Assembly (NCBI RefSeq): GCF_000315625.1
Contig: NW_005434669.1
Span: 593,238-657,237 of the forward strand
Source of the DNA: Guillardia theta CCMP2712
Taxonomy: Eukaryota > Protista > Cryptophyta
DNA: 64,000 bases
Reading direction: 5' to 3'
The stretch's first letter is position 1. Each line of letters begins with the position of its first letter. Of this stretch, positions 1-12,207 are shown in pieces. The position numbers and the translations under genes are program-made. Below the pieces are notes generated by a model, which was given only the letters and a program-made list of their open reading frames with translations, was not told where the DNA came from and searched no databases.

Positions 1-2140
1 CTATCAAGACCGGTGACTTGAGACTTCAATGAAGTGTTTACTATGTGCCCACTGCCAACTCCCCCCCTACTTCGCCCCACCATGTCAGCAATGCGTTGGT
101 CAGAATTTTCGCTCCTCCTGCACGACATCAGGTAGGTAAGGACGGCGTTTGCGTCACCGTAGAGAAGAGCCTCCTTGGGGCTTTGAGTCAGGAAATGCAT
201 AATGCGGGTGAAGTCGTTGACCTGCGAGCCTCAGCTGCTTCGACATGGCGGCGCGTCTCACCTGTTGCCACATCATCTCATCGAGCAAGGATGCACGCCT
301 GAGAATGCTCCTGTGCAGATCCCACATGCGGACTTTCCTGTCTCCTCCTCCTCTCAGCCCTGGGCACCACACGCGGAGGCTGCAGCAGCAGGGTCAAGTG
401 CAAGGAAAGCACGGAGGAGCAACCACCTGCTACATCGGCTCTTCCTCAGCAGGTCGATGGCATGGAGGCCAAGGATTGCGCTCAGACGCAGGGAGCATGC
501 AAGGGAGGTGAACAGCGACACGTCCAGCTTCCGCTTCGTCAACATCGCACAACTAGACGAGAGGATCAAAGCCCCTCCCCCAGCAGCGGAGCCATCACCC
601 GGCAAGGAAGCTGAGGGCTATGAGCGGTAGAGGGAGCATGCTTCCGTCCTCCTGCCCTCACATCACAAGCGATGCTCGACTTGTTTCATCTCACCACCCT
701 CCTCGTACGTGATGACGCTATGACCTTGTGCTCGGTCAACCAGGCAAGAGCAAACGGCAAGGACGGGACTGACCACACAAGGGAGCACAGAGCAGGAGAG
801 CCCGAAGCTGGAGAGACACTTGGACTTGACGGGGAGGGACGAGAACCACGGGTCTCTCTCTTCCATCATTAAGGATGTCCTCAGCCCCAGGACCGCCGCA
901 TTGATCACCACGAGCCACCTCCTCAGCCTGCTCGCCTTCTCACACTTCACCACGTCCCGCTCCTCTCCCGTGTTCGATTCACCTCGCCGAATGACATCCT
1001 AGGTCAACAGCTCCTGCCTCTGACGACGCAGCAGCCACCTCCTCTCCTGGAGTGCAAGTCTCGTCAAGGATCAAGTCACTGGTGATCCCATCCACCTGAC
1101 GATCCAGTAGCTTCCGTTGCACTGCTGCTCTGCGGTACGTCAAGGACGTTCGTGAGGGTTCAGATCAAGTCACCTTCTTGCTGCGATCGTACATCTGCAA
1201 GGATGAGCTGACTCCTGCACACACGAGCAGCGTCGAAAGTCGAACGGTGAACGTGTGGGATTGCCGGAGAGAGCCAGCAAGCATGGACCAAGCAGCGATG
1301 GCGACACCATCCTGCAGGAGCTCAATGATGACAGCAAGAAATATGCCAATCTCACCGAGATCAAGACAGAAACGAGGGAGTTCTGAGTGAAATTGTGCAT
1401 CAAGGCAGATTCGTCACCATCAAGATTCCCTGCTGCTTCCTGCCGGCAGCATCATGGCAAGTCTTCAAGGAGGATGGAGGAAACCTCATCCCTGTGCGAC
1501 AGCGGCTCCACGATCCAGTAGCCCTGATGCACGTTCCATGAGGACTGGCAATCAAACTTCAGAATGAGCCGCACGCGACTGGATTGGTTACGACCACAGC
1601 CAGTCCGTCCTCCTCCTCTTGAGTGTAGCCGCTATTGTCATCAACGTATGGCATTGCTGCCATGGCAGGAAGCGATCGAAGCTGTCTTTGCTTCTCTTCG
1701 GCTCAACTTCCTCTCCTCCTCGACGCTACTTCGCTACAGCCTCCTCCCCCTCCACTCAGCATCAAAAGCGTCTTTACTACTACAACTACCCCACTCGGCT
1801 TTTTTTAATAACGAAAATGTAGGATTAGCTTTCTTGCTCCTGCTCCCGCTGCTGATCCCGGCCCACTGCACCTTCTCCTTGCTCCGTCCCGCCCTCTCCT
1901 TCTTTTCTCTCAGTGTAGCACTGCCAGATATCTAGGATGACGACTGGTAGGAGAGGACACGGGAGATTCCACAGTCAGTGGAGAATGGAGCGACGAGGTC
2001 TGGCAAGGAGTCGACCTGAAGAAAGGGAAATGCCGGATGAAGGAGGAGCATGAAACACAAACTCCCACGTCTGCCGTCATGTGGTTTGAAAGCCTATGTA
2101 TCCTTTGGTTAAGTGCAGCATTCGATGCGAAGTACTGAAG
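1..2140 (+). CDS. Partial multi-exon gene of unknown function (5' end probably outside the window; 3' end uncertain)
   Basis: Coding-like segments (e.g. RREHAREVNSDTSSFRFVNIAQLDERIKAPP; ELNDDSKKYANLTEIKTETR; FVTIKIPCCFLPAASWQVFKEDGG) separated by short GT..AG stretches; no recognisable domain. Confidence 0.35.
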
Positions 2141-2551
2141 AGTAGGATCAAAAGCAGAGGCAGAGAGAGAGACATAGGGCGTCGTTCAACAGAAAAGACT
2201 TTCAAATCGATGTTTGTGTTCTTTTACTTCTTCCTATCCTTTCTTGTGGATATGTGGGAATGAACTGCAGGTGAACGCCCAACACAGAAATTTACGGATT
2301 TTTCTGGTATGCGCTCTTCAAATATGTAGAAACCCACATGTTCACCGAACAAGTCGCAAATGCGATGAAGGTTCGATCCAGTTTCATGGTTTGAGACAGA
2401 AATATTTTAAGCAATTTCGTCGCTGAAACAATAGTAACTGAACATAGAATACGGAGGAAACGATATCTTAATCCTGCTCTCGTTTCTGACTACTAGGCTT
2501 TTTCCAGAGAAACAAATTGTAGCTCATGACAACCTCTCTACACAGTCCGTC

Positions 2552-2592
2552 TTCCTCCTCCTCCTCCTCCTCCTCCTCCTCCTCCTCCTCCT
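2552..2592. repeat. (CCT)n microsatellite
   Basis: Directly visible ctcctcctc run upstream of the EF-hand gene. Confidence 0.95.
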
Positions 2593-2713
2593 GATATGCT
2601 AGCTGAGAGTAGATGAGTCCTCCGATGCTCACGTCACTGCCGCCGCATTCCCTTAAAAAAACGCAACGGTTGTCAAAGTCAAGTAACCGTCGATAAACGA
2701 CTCAAACCGCGCT

Positions 2714-3335
2714 ATGGTGTTGTCGCAGCAGGAGATAGAGAAAGCGCACGACGCGTTTGAGAAGTTCGACGTCGATCATTCCGGCTGCATCGACGCATGG
2801 GAGCTCAAGGAGGCCATGAAGTCCCTTGGCCAGAACCCGACAGATGAGGAGGTTGGTTGCCCACGAATCTCACTCTCAAGATTCAGAAAGCCGATGTGCG
2901 CGTTGCCTTACAAACTGTGACAGGTATTTGGTCTTCTTGCGCAAGTCGACACTGATGGATCCGGCAATATCGACTTTCAGGAGGTGCGTTGTGTTCCTGG
3001 GAATGTCTCGGTTGTCAAATCACAGCCTGAAACACATCGCAGTTCCTTCAAGTCATCGAGAAGCAGAAGGTATGTACTTGAGGTGTAAGCCTGCCTTAGT
3101 AACGACGGACCTTTAGGATGCACACGGATCGACTGGAGAAGATTGGGACATGGTTTCCGCATTTGTCGCTCTTGGAGGTAACCCTGACAAATCTGGTGAA
3201 ATCAACACGGACAAGTTGCGCGCAACTATAGAGAAGTTTGAGCTGACAATCGACATTGAGAGACTCATCGAAGAGACAGATACAGATGCTTCCGGCCTGA
3301 TCGACTATGAAGAATTCAAGGCTATGCTGAGCTAG
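2714..3335 (+). CDS. Flagellar outer-arm dynein 18-kDa Ca2+-binding light chain (LC4-type, calmodulin-like EF-hand protein), 4 exons
   Basis: Spliced: MVLSQQEIEKAHDAFEKFDVDHSGCIDAWELKEAMKSLGQNPTDEE/VFGLLAQVDTDGSGNIDFQE/FLQVIEKQK/DAHGSTGEDWDMVSAFVALGGNPDKSGEINTDKLRATIEKFELTIDIERLIEETDTDASGLIDYEEFKAMLS*. EF-hand loops are present, and the AFVALGGNxDKSG signature is typical of LC4 rather than calmodulin or centrin. Confidence 0.85.
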
Positions 3336-5904
3336 ATGACAATTCCAGTGATTCGCTAACTATACGCATGAAACCTGCAACAAGGTTGAGTGCCCATGAT
3401 CTCGCCCTCTACCGCACTGGCTTTCAGAGGGCGCTTAACGTACATCCGCGCAATAATGTCTTTAGCTTCACAAGTTCGAACCTGTTTCTTCCTTGCGCGT
3501 TTTTGCTCTAGAAAACTTATGAACATCTTAATTTTCCAAAAGCCTGTAATTGAAAACACAATTGGTCGAATGATATTGCCTGAATCGCAATATGTCTTGT
3601 GTTGATATCTCTTCATATGTGTAACCTCCGCAGATGAAAGTTCCGTTCATGATTGTGTTCGGATAAGGCACACAATGGAAAAATCACACTAGTTGTCAAA
3701 ATCCCAACGCATGTGAGATTCAACATCGTGTTCTGCTACGGAACATTGTGTCCGACGACTCATACACGTTAGAGATTAGTTCTTGGAATTTCCAGTACAT
3801 GAGAATAGGAGAACGGAGGGATTGAATATCACCTGGTGTTTCCTCGCAACACAATTGGACAACTTGGGTTTCCCGTGCACGTTTCCAGAGTCGATGAAGC
3901 TATCTCGACACGCAAACAAAACGCTTCAGCGTTTCACTTTGTTTATTTTCTGGATTAAGATAATGCTTTGGAAAGGAAGAGAAGGTCTGTTAGAGAGGCT
4001 TTTAAACTTTGATTCCAAATTTCTTTTCAAGGAGCGGCCTGCGAGCAAAGTTTATCTTACTTTCTTGAGAAAATAGTACTTACTCATGGTGAGCATCACT
4101 CTTTGCACATGAATAGAAGAATCCTGAGCAAACCTTGACAGATTGAAATCTGGAAAGAGAAAAAAAACGGCTTTCAGATGCTGACTTTGCTTGCCAACAC
4201 TGACTGACCTTGCAGGAGTGGATCGCGTTGGGGCCTTTGACCCAAAGAATCCATACATGCTCTCTGCCTTAGTGAACTACATGGGAATGTAAGATCGAAT
4301 AACAGCAAGAATTAAAAAGCATGGCACGCAATATCATTCATTGCTAGAAAGTAATGCAATTCAATTGCAGAAACGAAAACACCGAGTATTCCGTGCGATC
4401 CATCAAGCATAAATGAAAGATAACGGAAATTCATGCAAACATGAAGCTCAAAGTTCATCAAAGAACATATTCCTGTCAACTACACAACGCCTGAACCGAT
4501 GTTTGCAACAACGTTCACGCACCATTTTTGCCAAGAGCCGCCTGCACTGCGAAACCGTCTGTAACTGACAATGCAATCCCCCAGGCACCTTCACTCGATC
4601 AGTCTCCGTCTCCGTTTCCGGCGGCCGGCCGGGCCGGCCCGCAAGGCCCTGGGCTGGTCGCTGGTCGTGAGCTTGACTCGGATATCTCAAGGGGCCACGA
4701 CGATGACGGTCAACCTCGTCTTTTGAGATTGAAGTTACAAGTGAAGTTTTACGGAAACTTTTATTCCAAATCTGCCTCCCGGAAATTTCGGCATTGAGCG
4801 ATACTACCCCACCCTACCTATTGAGCGAAACATAATCTGAAAGGTATGGGTGGGACATGAATTCAGGGATGTGACCTCGGAGGACCGGAAGGAAGGCCGT
4901 GACAAGTCAGAAATGGACCCCAATTTTCCCAGAGGTTTGTAGGGGTACCCAACAGGATAGGGTCACGAAATACATGCTGACTTCGCTTGATGACGTTGGT
5001 GACCAACATACCCTTCCACCACCCGGCATTTGCACTGGTTTTGGGGGGTGGGATAATTATCGCTTTCGTACCCACAAGTCCACACCTTTTGTTCGACATC
5101 GAGAGGGAGGGGTGGTGCCTCCAGATATGCACCCAACCGCCCCTCGACTACATCATGCTGTTCATGACTACCCTACCCTGAAATCCAAAGATTGCAACAG
5201 GGTGGTCGACCAAGGTATTGCAAGGGTGGGTGAACGACGCTAAAAAGAGGGGTGAATGACACTGAGCACCTCATAGGACCCTTAATCTTCCGAAATACCT
5301 TATTTTCGATCCAGTAAAACCCTTGCTGATCACCACCCACCTCCCCCATCAACATAGAATGAATTCCTATCCACCCCCCTCGCTACCACTGAGCTACCAC
5401 CAACAGTCGTATGGTCTGACATAAAAAGATTACCACCCACCATCTGCTCCTCTACCTCTCTCGGTCTCACCCACCCCCTGACTTTCAGTGTGATTGCGAC
5501 CACCCACCCTTTGGGTGAACTAATCTAAACATTCCCCAAATCTCAGTGGACCCAACCCGCAGTCTGTCTGCCCGTCTTCATACCACCCACCCTTCTCACC
5601 AGGAAACCTTCCGGTAATACCCCTCTCTTCAAAAATGTACCCTCACCCCCTACCCGGTCTCTCTCCCGTTTTCCTTTGGCACTGGGGACCGTGAGCAGAA
5701 CCTCGCTGTCCTCATCTCCTCTCTACAACCTGTTGCTGCGGCGGCGGGCAGAAGAGACAGACAACTGGTGAAGATCAAGATTCGAGACGTTTGTGAGGGG
5801 CTAACAGCACTTATCCTTCCGTTCAGTCAAACAAGTAGAATCTTTGCAGAACTCGAAAATTGGAACAAGCGGACAAACAAAAGAATTGGTAACTTGGGGC
5901 TACT

Positions 5905-6579
5905 TTGCGCAGAATGTCCTGCAGGCGATCAGGAAGATGCTCGAATCGATCAGGAGAAAAATCTGACCTGAAGAAACTGTGCCCACTATGCTTGACCCCA
6001 GTGCGCGTTGGTACGGAATCAAAGCATTTTTTAAGCTCAGAATGCAGCAAATATAACTCATATCACACGGGGTCTTCTGAAAGCAGAAATGTATCTTGTA
6101 TGGTGAGTGGGAGACATCTCGGCCAAAATTCTGCTCACGAGCCAGCAAATCGTGCAACACCGTCAATTCACTGGGATGACGTGGATGGAAGGTCACTTGA
6201 AAGGTGCTCGAATTCTCGCCACGAACCCAAGAACTTCCACAGGAATTGGGATATGATTGATATGTACAATGACTCCGATGACGATGACACAATTGCAAAT
6301 AGTGAGAACGGTGAAACTTCCTCAAGATGCTCAAGATCGAGCTTTTTCTCAGCAACATCGGCATGGAATGGTCAATTGGAGGAAACAATATCGAAATTCT
6401 CTCATGATACAAAGGAACTTTGTAGTCAGATTGCTTTTGCTTTAAGATACGAAATCGAAGAAGGTTTGCGCGAAATGCAGATGAGGCGGACAACGAATGC
6501 ATTTGTTGGATGGAACGAAAATTCACTTAGAGGACCCTTGTCACGATCAGTTTCGAGACCAGGGTGGACTGGCAAGTAG
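5905..6579 (+). CDS. Hypothetical protein (possibly the last exon of a gene starting near 5.7 kb)
   Basis: 224-aa open frame with an acidic patch (DSDDDD) and a CPLC motif; no family recognised. Confidence 0.35.
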   Translation: MRRMSCRRSGRCSNRSGEKSDLKKLCPLCLTPVRVGTESKHFLSSECSKYNSYHTGSSESRNVSCMVSGRHLGQNSAHEPANRATPSIHWDDVDGRSLERCSNSRHEPKNFHRNWDMIDMYNDSDDDDTIANSENGETSSRCSRSSFFSATSAWNGQLEETISKFSHDTKELCSQIAFALRYEIEEGLREMQMRRTTNAFVGWNENSLRGPLSRSVSRPGWTGK

Positions 6580-7158
6580 CGGTTGTGTTTGGCGATAGTA
6601 TGCATGCAACTGAGTCAATAAATGCTTGCCATTTCTCTGTACTCTTCTTTTAATGCTACACATTCATGTGAGATTCCAACAATTTCCATCTTCTGGATCT
6701 TTGGAATTGCTCTCAGTGTAAGTGGGGCCCTTGAGTCTCAGATCAGTTTGGGTGAAAAAGCAATGTTACCTGTATCAGCTCGCAAATGAAGTTGTCTCGA
6801 TCGTGATTGCAGTGAGCAGAAGTGGCGATGGTCGTTCATTGGCAACGAAGGGAAGCTAATGGCCGACCGCGAGCTCTGAGGAAGAAACTCACATCATGCT
6901 ATTCTGACAAAAAGTCTATCTGCTTTCGACATCTCGCTCGATCTTTGAGCACCCTGAGGGAACAGGCAGAGAGGAGGGCCCATTGTTCACCACACGCGCT
7001 CCCTGTTGCAGTCTTCAATGCGCGCATTTTCATGCCGTGACCGGCACATTTAGGTCACGGGGTTGCTCTTTTGAACAATTCCTGAGCCGTGACCACGAAA
7101 ATGTATAAATTCTATATCTAATACGCCCTTATATATTGCTATCACTGCTGTTCGGAAC

Positions 7159-8458
7159 ATGGCGAGATTGACGGAAAGATTGAAGGTATGCGATGCACAA
7201 ACATTTGGCGAGAAGAGAGGGAAAGAGGAGGGAGAGGCTGAAAACTGGTTAGGAGATTGAAGATGGTTCGGTGAGGTCTGAGTACATCTCCTCTTCACCC
7301 TCGAATCCATGGCTGGACTAGTTTGCGCCTCATGTGGACTTGTTTGTGCATCGTGTGCTCAAAACTCAATCGAGACGGGATCGAGGGTTCGAAGATTGGT
7401 TATAACGCTGCAAACAGGAAGAAGCCGGTGCACAGTGGATGAAGATCGTGAACCACCCATTCACTGACGCGATTGCGAATGGATCCATCGGCAAAGAGGC
7501 CATGAAGTTCTACTTGATTCAGGACCACCGATTCCTTGACAACTTTGTGATTCTGCTTGCTTCGATGGTTGCAAATGCACCGAGTCTGAAGGTGTGACGC
7601 TTTGATGGTCTTTCCTTCCGTATATGTTACACCTTTCATGATGCAGGACAGAATCCCTGGCTGCCAGTTTCTTGGACTGATCACGGGAAAGGAGAACACG
7701 TACTTTGAGAGATCTCTTGAAGCACTTGGAGTGGGCGAAAAGGAGAGGTACATCGCAGCTGAATTACTATCCGCCTCGGTATTTCATTGGCTGAGGAACT
7801 TTTAGATGCGAAACTCCGAATTCATCAGCAACGAACGGCTTCATGGTGACTGTTTCATGTGTCCATTTCTTGCTTTTCACCTCCGAAGACAGGAGCTGAT
7901 GCTGAACACGGCAAGGAGCGGAAAATACGACGAAGTAGCCTTTTTTCCTTTCTCCTTCCCTGTCGCGTCTGACCAGATGGATAGATGCTCTGTTTGCTCG
8001 TGGTAGCTGAATGGAGCTATCTCTCATGGGCCGGTGGGTAGGTTGGTTTCAGCTTCCAAGGGATGAGTGTTGTTGTTTGCAGATCGTGTGAAAGGAGGGA
8101 GGCTGTCGGAGCTCCCATTCTGGTGCAACGAGTGGATCGGTGGAAGGCATCTCTCAGCCCTTGTTTGAGTTGAAAGTCCTGTAGATCTTCATTGCGGCGA
8201 GTATTTCGAAAGCGTCGTCTCGTACCTTCGAGGCCTTCTCGACAAAGCAGGAGAGACGGTGAGCCAAATGCTCGTCCTGTCAAGTTGTTTGACTTGTCAT
8301 GCACAGATGGACGACGAGAGCTACGCTAGATGCAAGGCCGCGTTTCTCAGGGCGGTAGATCTCGAGGTGCTCGTCTACTGACATGATGGGGTGAGAGGTC
8401 TCATGGGGTGATGCTTTAGGTTGAGTTCTTCGATCAAGCTTGGAGCTTGCACAAGTGA
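7159..8458 (+). CDS. tenA: TenA/THI-4/PQQC family protein, TenA_E type (thiamine/aminopyrimidine salvage)
   Basis: Spliced: MARLTERLK/EEAGAQWMKIVNHPFTDAIANGSIGKEAMKFYLIQDHRFLDNFVILLASMVANAPSLK/DRIPGCQFLGLITGKENTYFERSLEALG...MLCLLVVAEWSYLSWA...FWCNEWI/DLHCGEYFESVVSYLRGLLDK...RAVDLE/VEFFDQAWSLHK*. It carries the HPF, YLxQD and ExxFF hallmarks of TenA. Confidence 0.85.
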
Positions 8459-8564
8459 ATCATTTTCTGCGAGTGATCTAAAAGGATTACTGGTCGCTGC
8501 TTGTCAGCAAGAGAAGTTTATATGAGCAACTTGGAAATGTGAACATTAAAGGTCTACTTGTAGT

Positions 8565-11066
8565 TCACCGTCGTCTGTTGTTGCCGGACATGACGCCCTT
8601 CAGCGCCGAGGAGATGAGGCGGTTGGCGACTCGAGCTGTGGCCTTGGGTCGATCTCGCGTGACAGGCAGACCAGAGGCCAAGAGCTCTTCTCTTGTTGCT
8701 TCTTCGCACCTCATCACCTGCACTTGTGCAAACTTGCCCTTCTCCCTCATCCCTGAGCAAACGTAAATTTGATCTCACGAGAATGCAAGAGATCACCCAA
8801 GAGGTCCGCCTGCAGCTTGTCTGCCGCCCCGCAGCTCGAGAAGATAGCCCAACCCCAGCTCGGAAACTTGCAGCGGAAAGCTACGTTGTCGCAACCGACC
8901 ACCTCCTTGAAACATGTGAAGATGTGACAAAGGTGCACGATCCTACCTGGATGTGACGTAGGAGCTCGTTTTCAAACATTCTCGAGCCAACGCTGTACAT
9001 GCAATCCAAAGGAACAAGACAAAAATGTCATTCCTCAAGCTCATCATCAGAATACATCTACTTGCTGTTCCAGGTTATGACAGAAGGCAAATTTTCGAAA
9101 TGATTTCGTGTTCTCTTCCGATTGATTACCTGTGATAGGCCATCAGCCCCTTTGCCATCGCCTTAGTAATGCCCTCAAGACACTTGAACGAAGAGATGGT
9201 TTACCTCTTCGAAGATGCTGTCGTTTGCCTTGATAAGTCGGATGTGGGAAAGAGATGCCACATTCCTATCAGCCAAATGATTGGTTGAATACTTTTGAAC
9301 AGGTGCCCACCTGCACAATTTCTTTCCAAAGAAAATGCGAGAGAGAGAGATGTTTTTCGCATCAGAAGGGACAGAAAAACCTATAGCTTGAATGCCTGAC
9401 AGTCGAAAGATCGAGCAATCAAGCGTCGAGTTCGACTCTTCAAGACGATTCTCACCCCTTTCAATCACCGATGCTCTCATGTTGCACAAGATGGTGCTGT
9501 CGACCAGACGAGTTCCCTTCCCCACAGCAATCTTTCACAGGCATCAAACTCTCAAACCCATCCATCCTGCCTTCACCGTTCCATGACGATAAGCAATCCA
9601 GAATGATTGTGGAGGCGGACGACAGGAAGAGGAAGCTTGTTGTAAATTGCTCGGGCCATTCTGATCAGACCTTCAGTGCTGTAGTGGTCCAAGTACTACA
9701 ACCTCGCATGTCTCAATCAAGTTTTCATTCGAAACATGTCTGATCTTGCAGGAATGCTTCACGGTGTCAACTTCTACTTCATAGAAAGTTGTTAACTGCC
9801 CTGTCAGGAGAATTACTTTGCACAAGGCAACGATCACGAGGAAGAAATGCCTTTCTGAGTGCTCAAGTGGACCACGATCCTTGCATCGTGCGCTTCACTG
9901 GGCTGCCGTTCTCACTTTAAACATCTTTGACAGCCAATGAGAACATATTGACCTGTGCAGTGAAACTAAAGAAACCGTTGTCCGGAGCCCTGAGCTGCCA
10001 AGTGGGATCCCAGTGACACCTGCTTATGACATTTCAGGCAAGGGTGGCTGGCACAAACATCTGCAACCTCGAGTTCGAGCTTGGCTTCAGCTCTAGATAC
10101 GTCTTCTTCTTCGGCTGCCGCAGGTATCAGCGAGCAGCTCTATGTGAGGGGAAATTGTAACCTGGTCTTCCCAGACACGAGATGAGGTGAGATCCATGCG
10201 AAACGATTCGTAATCATACAACAAACTGACAAGGAGTGAGCTGCCGCACTGAAAGAATCAAGCTTGACATTTCCACCTGCAGTCGGTCTGTTGAGAGGTT
10301 TCATCTGGGTTGGAGGCCATTTCAAAGATCGTTTCCTGCAAAGCTTTGTCTTCCTCAGGAATTCGCTCTGAAGGCCTTGATACCTGCAGCACGTCAACAA
10401 GGAGTCTCGCAGGCGTAGGCTCACCTGCCCCACTTGGTCATCAGTCTTGTGCTGATCGTCATGCTCATTCTTTTGAGAACTTTCTCCGCCCACCCGTGCT
10501 GCATGAAGTAAGGGCCTGCAGGACCACACTGTTGGCTTACCCTGTCTAGGACGGTAGATGGCCATAGCAGGTCTGTCTCTTTTTCCAACGCTGTTGTCAA
10601 CCTCTCGGGCGTCCGGTGTACGTGAGCTTTCAATCTGTCTCTGGGATTCATTCTCATTGCTCATTGCCTCTGTTCCAATCGAGGTCATTGTGCGATCCGA
10701 TGTTTCAGACGAATCCTTGCGATGTAGGTACTGCAATGCGCAACATCGGGGAGCAAGATCCTGTATCTTAAGACAAGGAAACCGACTAGTCTGACATACT
10801 TCGACACTTGTGGGCTTCTCCAGGTCTCCCTCAGGCATCACCATCACTCTCATGCCATAGCGGTCTGCAAGGAAAGAGAGGGTCTCTCGGAGCGGCTGAG
10901 ACAACGGGGGGAACACCATCCTCTTCTGAGCGCCTCTGGAGCGCATGAAGGATCGGAGCAGGTGGTCGAGCTCATCCTCAACCCTGCTCGAGAACTTCCT
11001 CGTCCTGCTGAAGCTCAGGGAGTCCAGCAGCTCCCCTGCTGCCGATGCATGAAGGCTGCCATTCAT
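8565..11066 (-). CDS. R3H-domain protein with C-terminal RRM-like region (R3HCC1-like), multi-exon
   Basis: N-terminal R3H-like segment (RMVFPPLSQPLRETLSFLADRYGMR), an RPAMAIYRP motif, an RRM-like exon at 8747-8938 (..FPSWGWAIFSS..) and a terminal RPKATARVANRLISSALKG, which resembles the R3HCC1 C-terminus. Confidence 0.55.
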
Positions 11067-11628
11067 CCGCCCCCTCCGGCTCTGAACTAACCGACTATGA
11101 GCCCGCCTAAGAGACCTTACAAGCTTGCCTCAGAGCCCTCTGCAAGCCCGCCTCATCCAGGTGTAAGGAGTCAAGCTCCAAGACAGTCCTAAGGATTTTT
11201 GCAGGCCACCATGATGACAACGGAAAAACGAAAGTACACTTATTCGGATAAGATTAGGAATTATGAAACGGCTATCCGTGTCAAAGGTCGCATGCTGACA
11301 CTGCCAGACATACGATGTACCCCCATATTCCCTATAATTACAAGGGGTTAACAGGAGCGACTGTCGGAGTTTCTGACTCTTGAATATGAAGAGTCAGATC
11401 ATGTGTCCCGTGATAGTTTGTGCAATCGTTTCCGTGCTTGCACCCCCGCTTGGACAGCATATTCCACCCCTTCACTTTCCTCCTTCACCACCGCACTCCT
11501 TCCGACGCTGTTCAGATTCCACCCGGAGCCCTCTCATCCCCTGACAGCTGCTTAGAACTTCTAAGTTTACAGTCTCGTTGTCCCTCCTATTCAAAACTTG
11601 GTTCATTCCTTGCGGAAATTTTGTGGTC

Positions 11629-12207
11629 ATGGAGACTCTACTAGACTCCAACAATCTGATCCATTGGATGCAGAGCATTTTTGATGTGGTTGATGACAAA
11701 GGCAAGCACCAAACCCCAAATGAATCGCAATCTAATGATGTCAACGTACAGATAGACTCAAAGAGAAAAGAATCAGTCGGCAGCGCCAGTAGCATTGCAT
11801 TGCGATCTTGTCTGAGTTCCTCCAAAAGCCCATCGCCAAAATGCAAAAAGAGCGTCAAGTTCGCATCAGGCGATGCACCCTGGTCGGATGCAGACCTTGC
11901 ACGGAGGCTGGACAACTGCAATTCTCAACACGACTTCAACCGAGTCGTTACTTTCAATAAGGAGACTTCGCCCAAACGACCCAGTTCGCCGATTATGGTC
12001 AGAAGTTCCTTGTCTCCCGAACCAGGCGCTTCCAACCATGAAACAAGTCAACAAAGTTCTGATGCTCAAAACCTTGCCATGAAACATGCACTCATGGCCA
12101 GATCGATTGCTGGAAACATGAACGAGAAGCCCACTCACAACAAACCTAGGAGGCACTCTCCTGAAAGAAGTTCTAGACTTCTTCAGGGTGGCGTCATGAT
12201 TCTATGA
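11629..12207 (+). CDS. Intronless Ser-rich hypothetical protein with LRSCL and KKSVKF (PP1-docking-like) motifs
   Basis: 192-aa ORF from ATG 11629 (METLLDSNNLIHWMQSIF...); motifs read from the translation. Confidence 0.55.
   Translation: METLLDSNNLIHWMQSIFDVVDDKGKHQTPNESQSNDVNVQIDSKRKESVGSASSIALRSCLSSSKSPSPKCKKSVKFASGDAPWSDADLARRLDNCNSQHDFNRVVTFNKETSPKRPSSPIMVRSSLSPEPGASNHETSQQSSDAQNLAMKHALMARSIAGNMNEKPTHNKPRRHSPERSSRLLQGGVMIL

Noticed and set aside
4800-5660. Possible retroelement fragment
   Set aside because: No recognisable ORF, LTR pair or poly(A) tail; reported only as a GGGT/CACCC-rich island.
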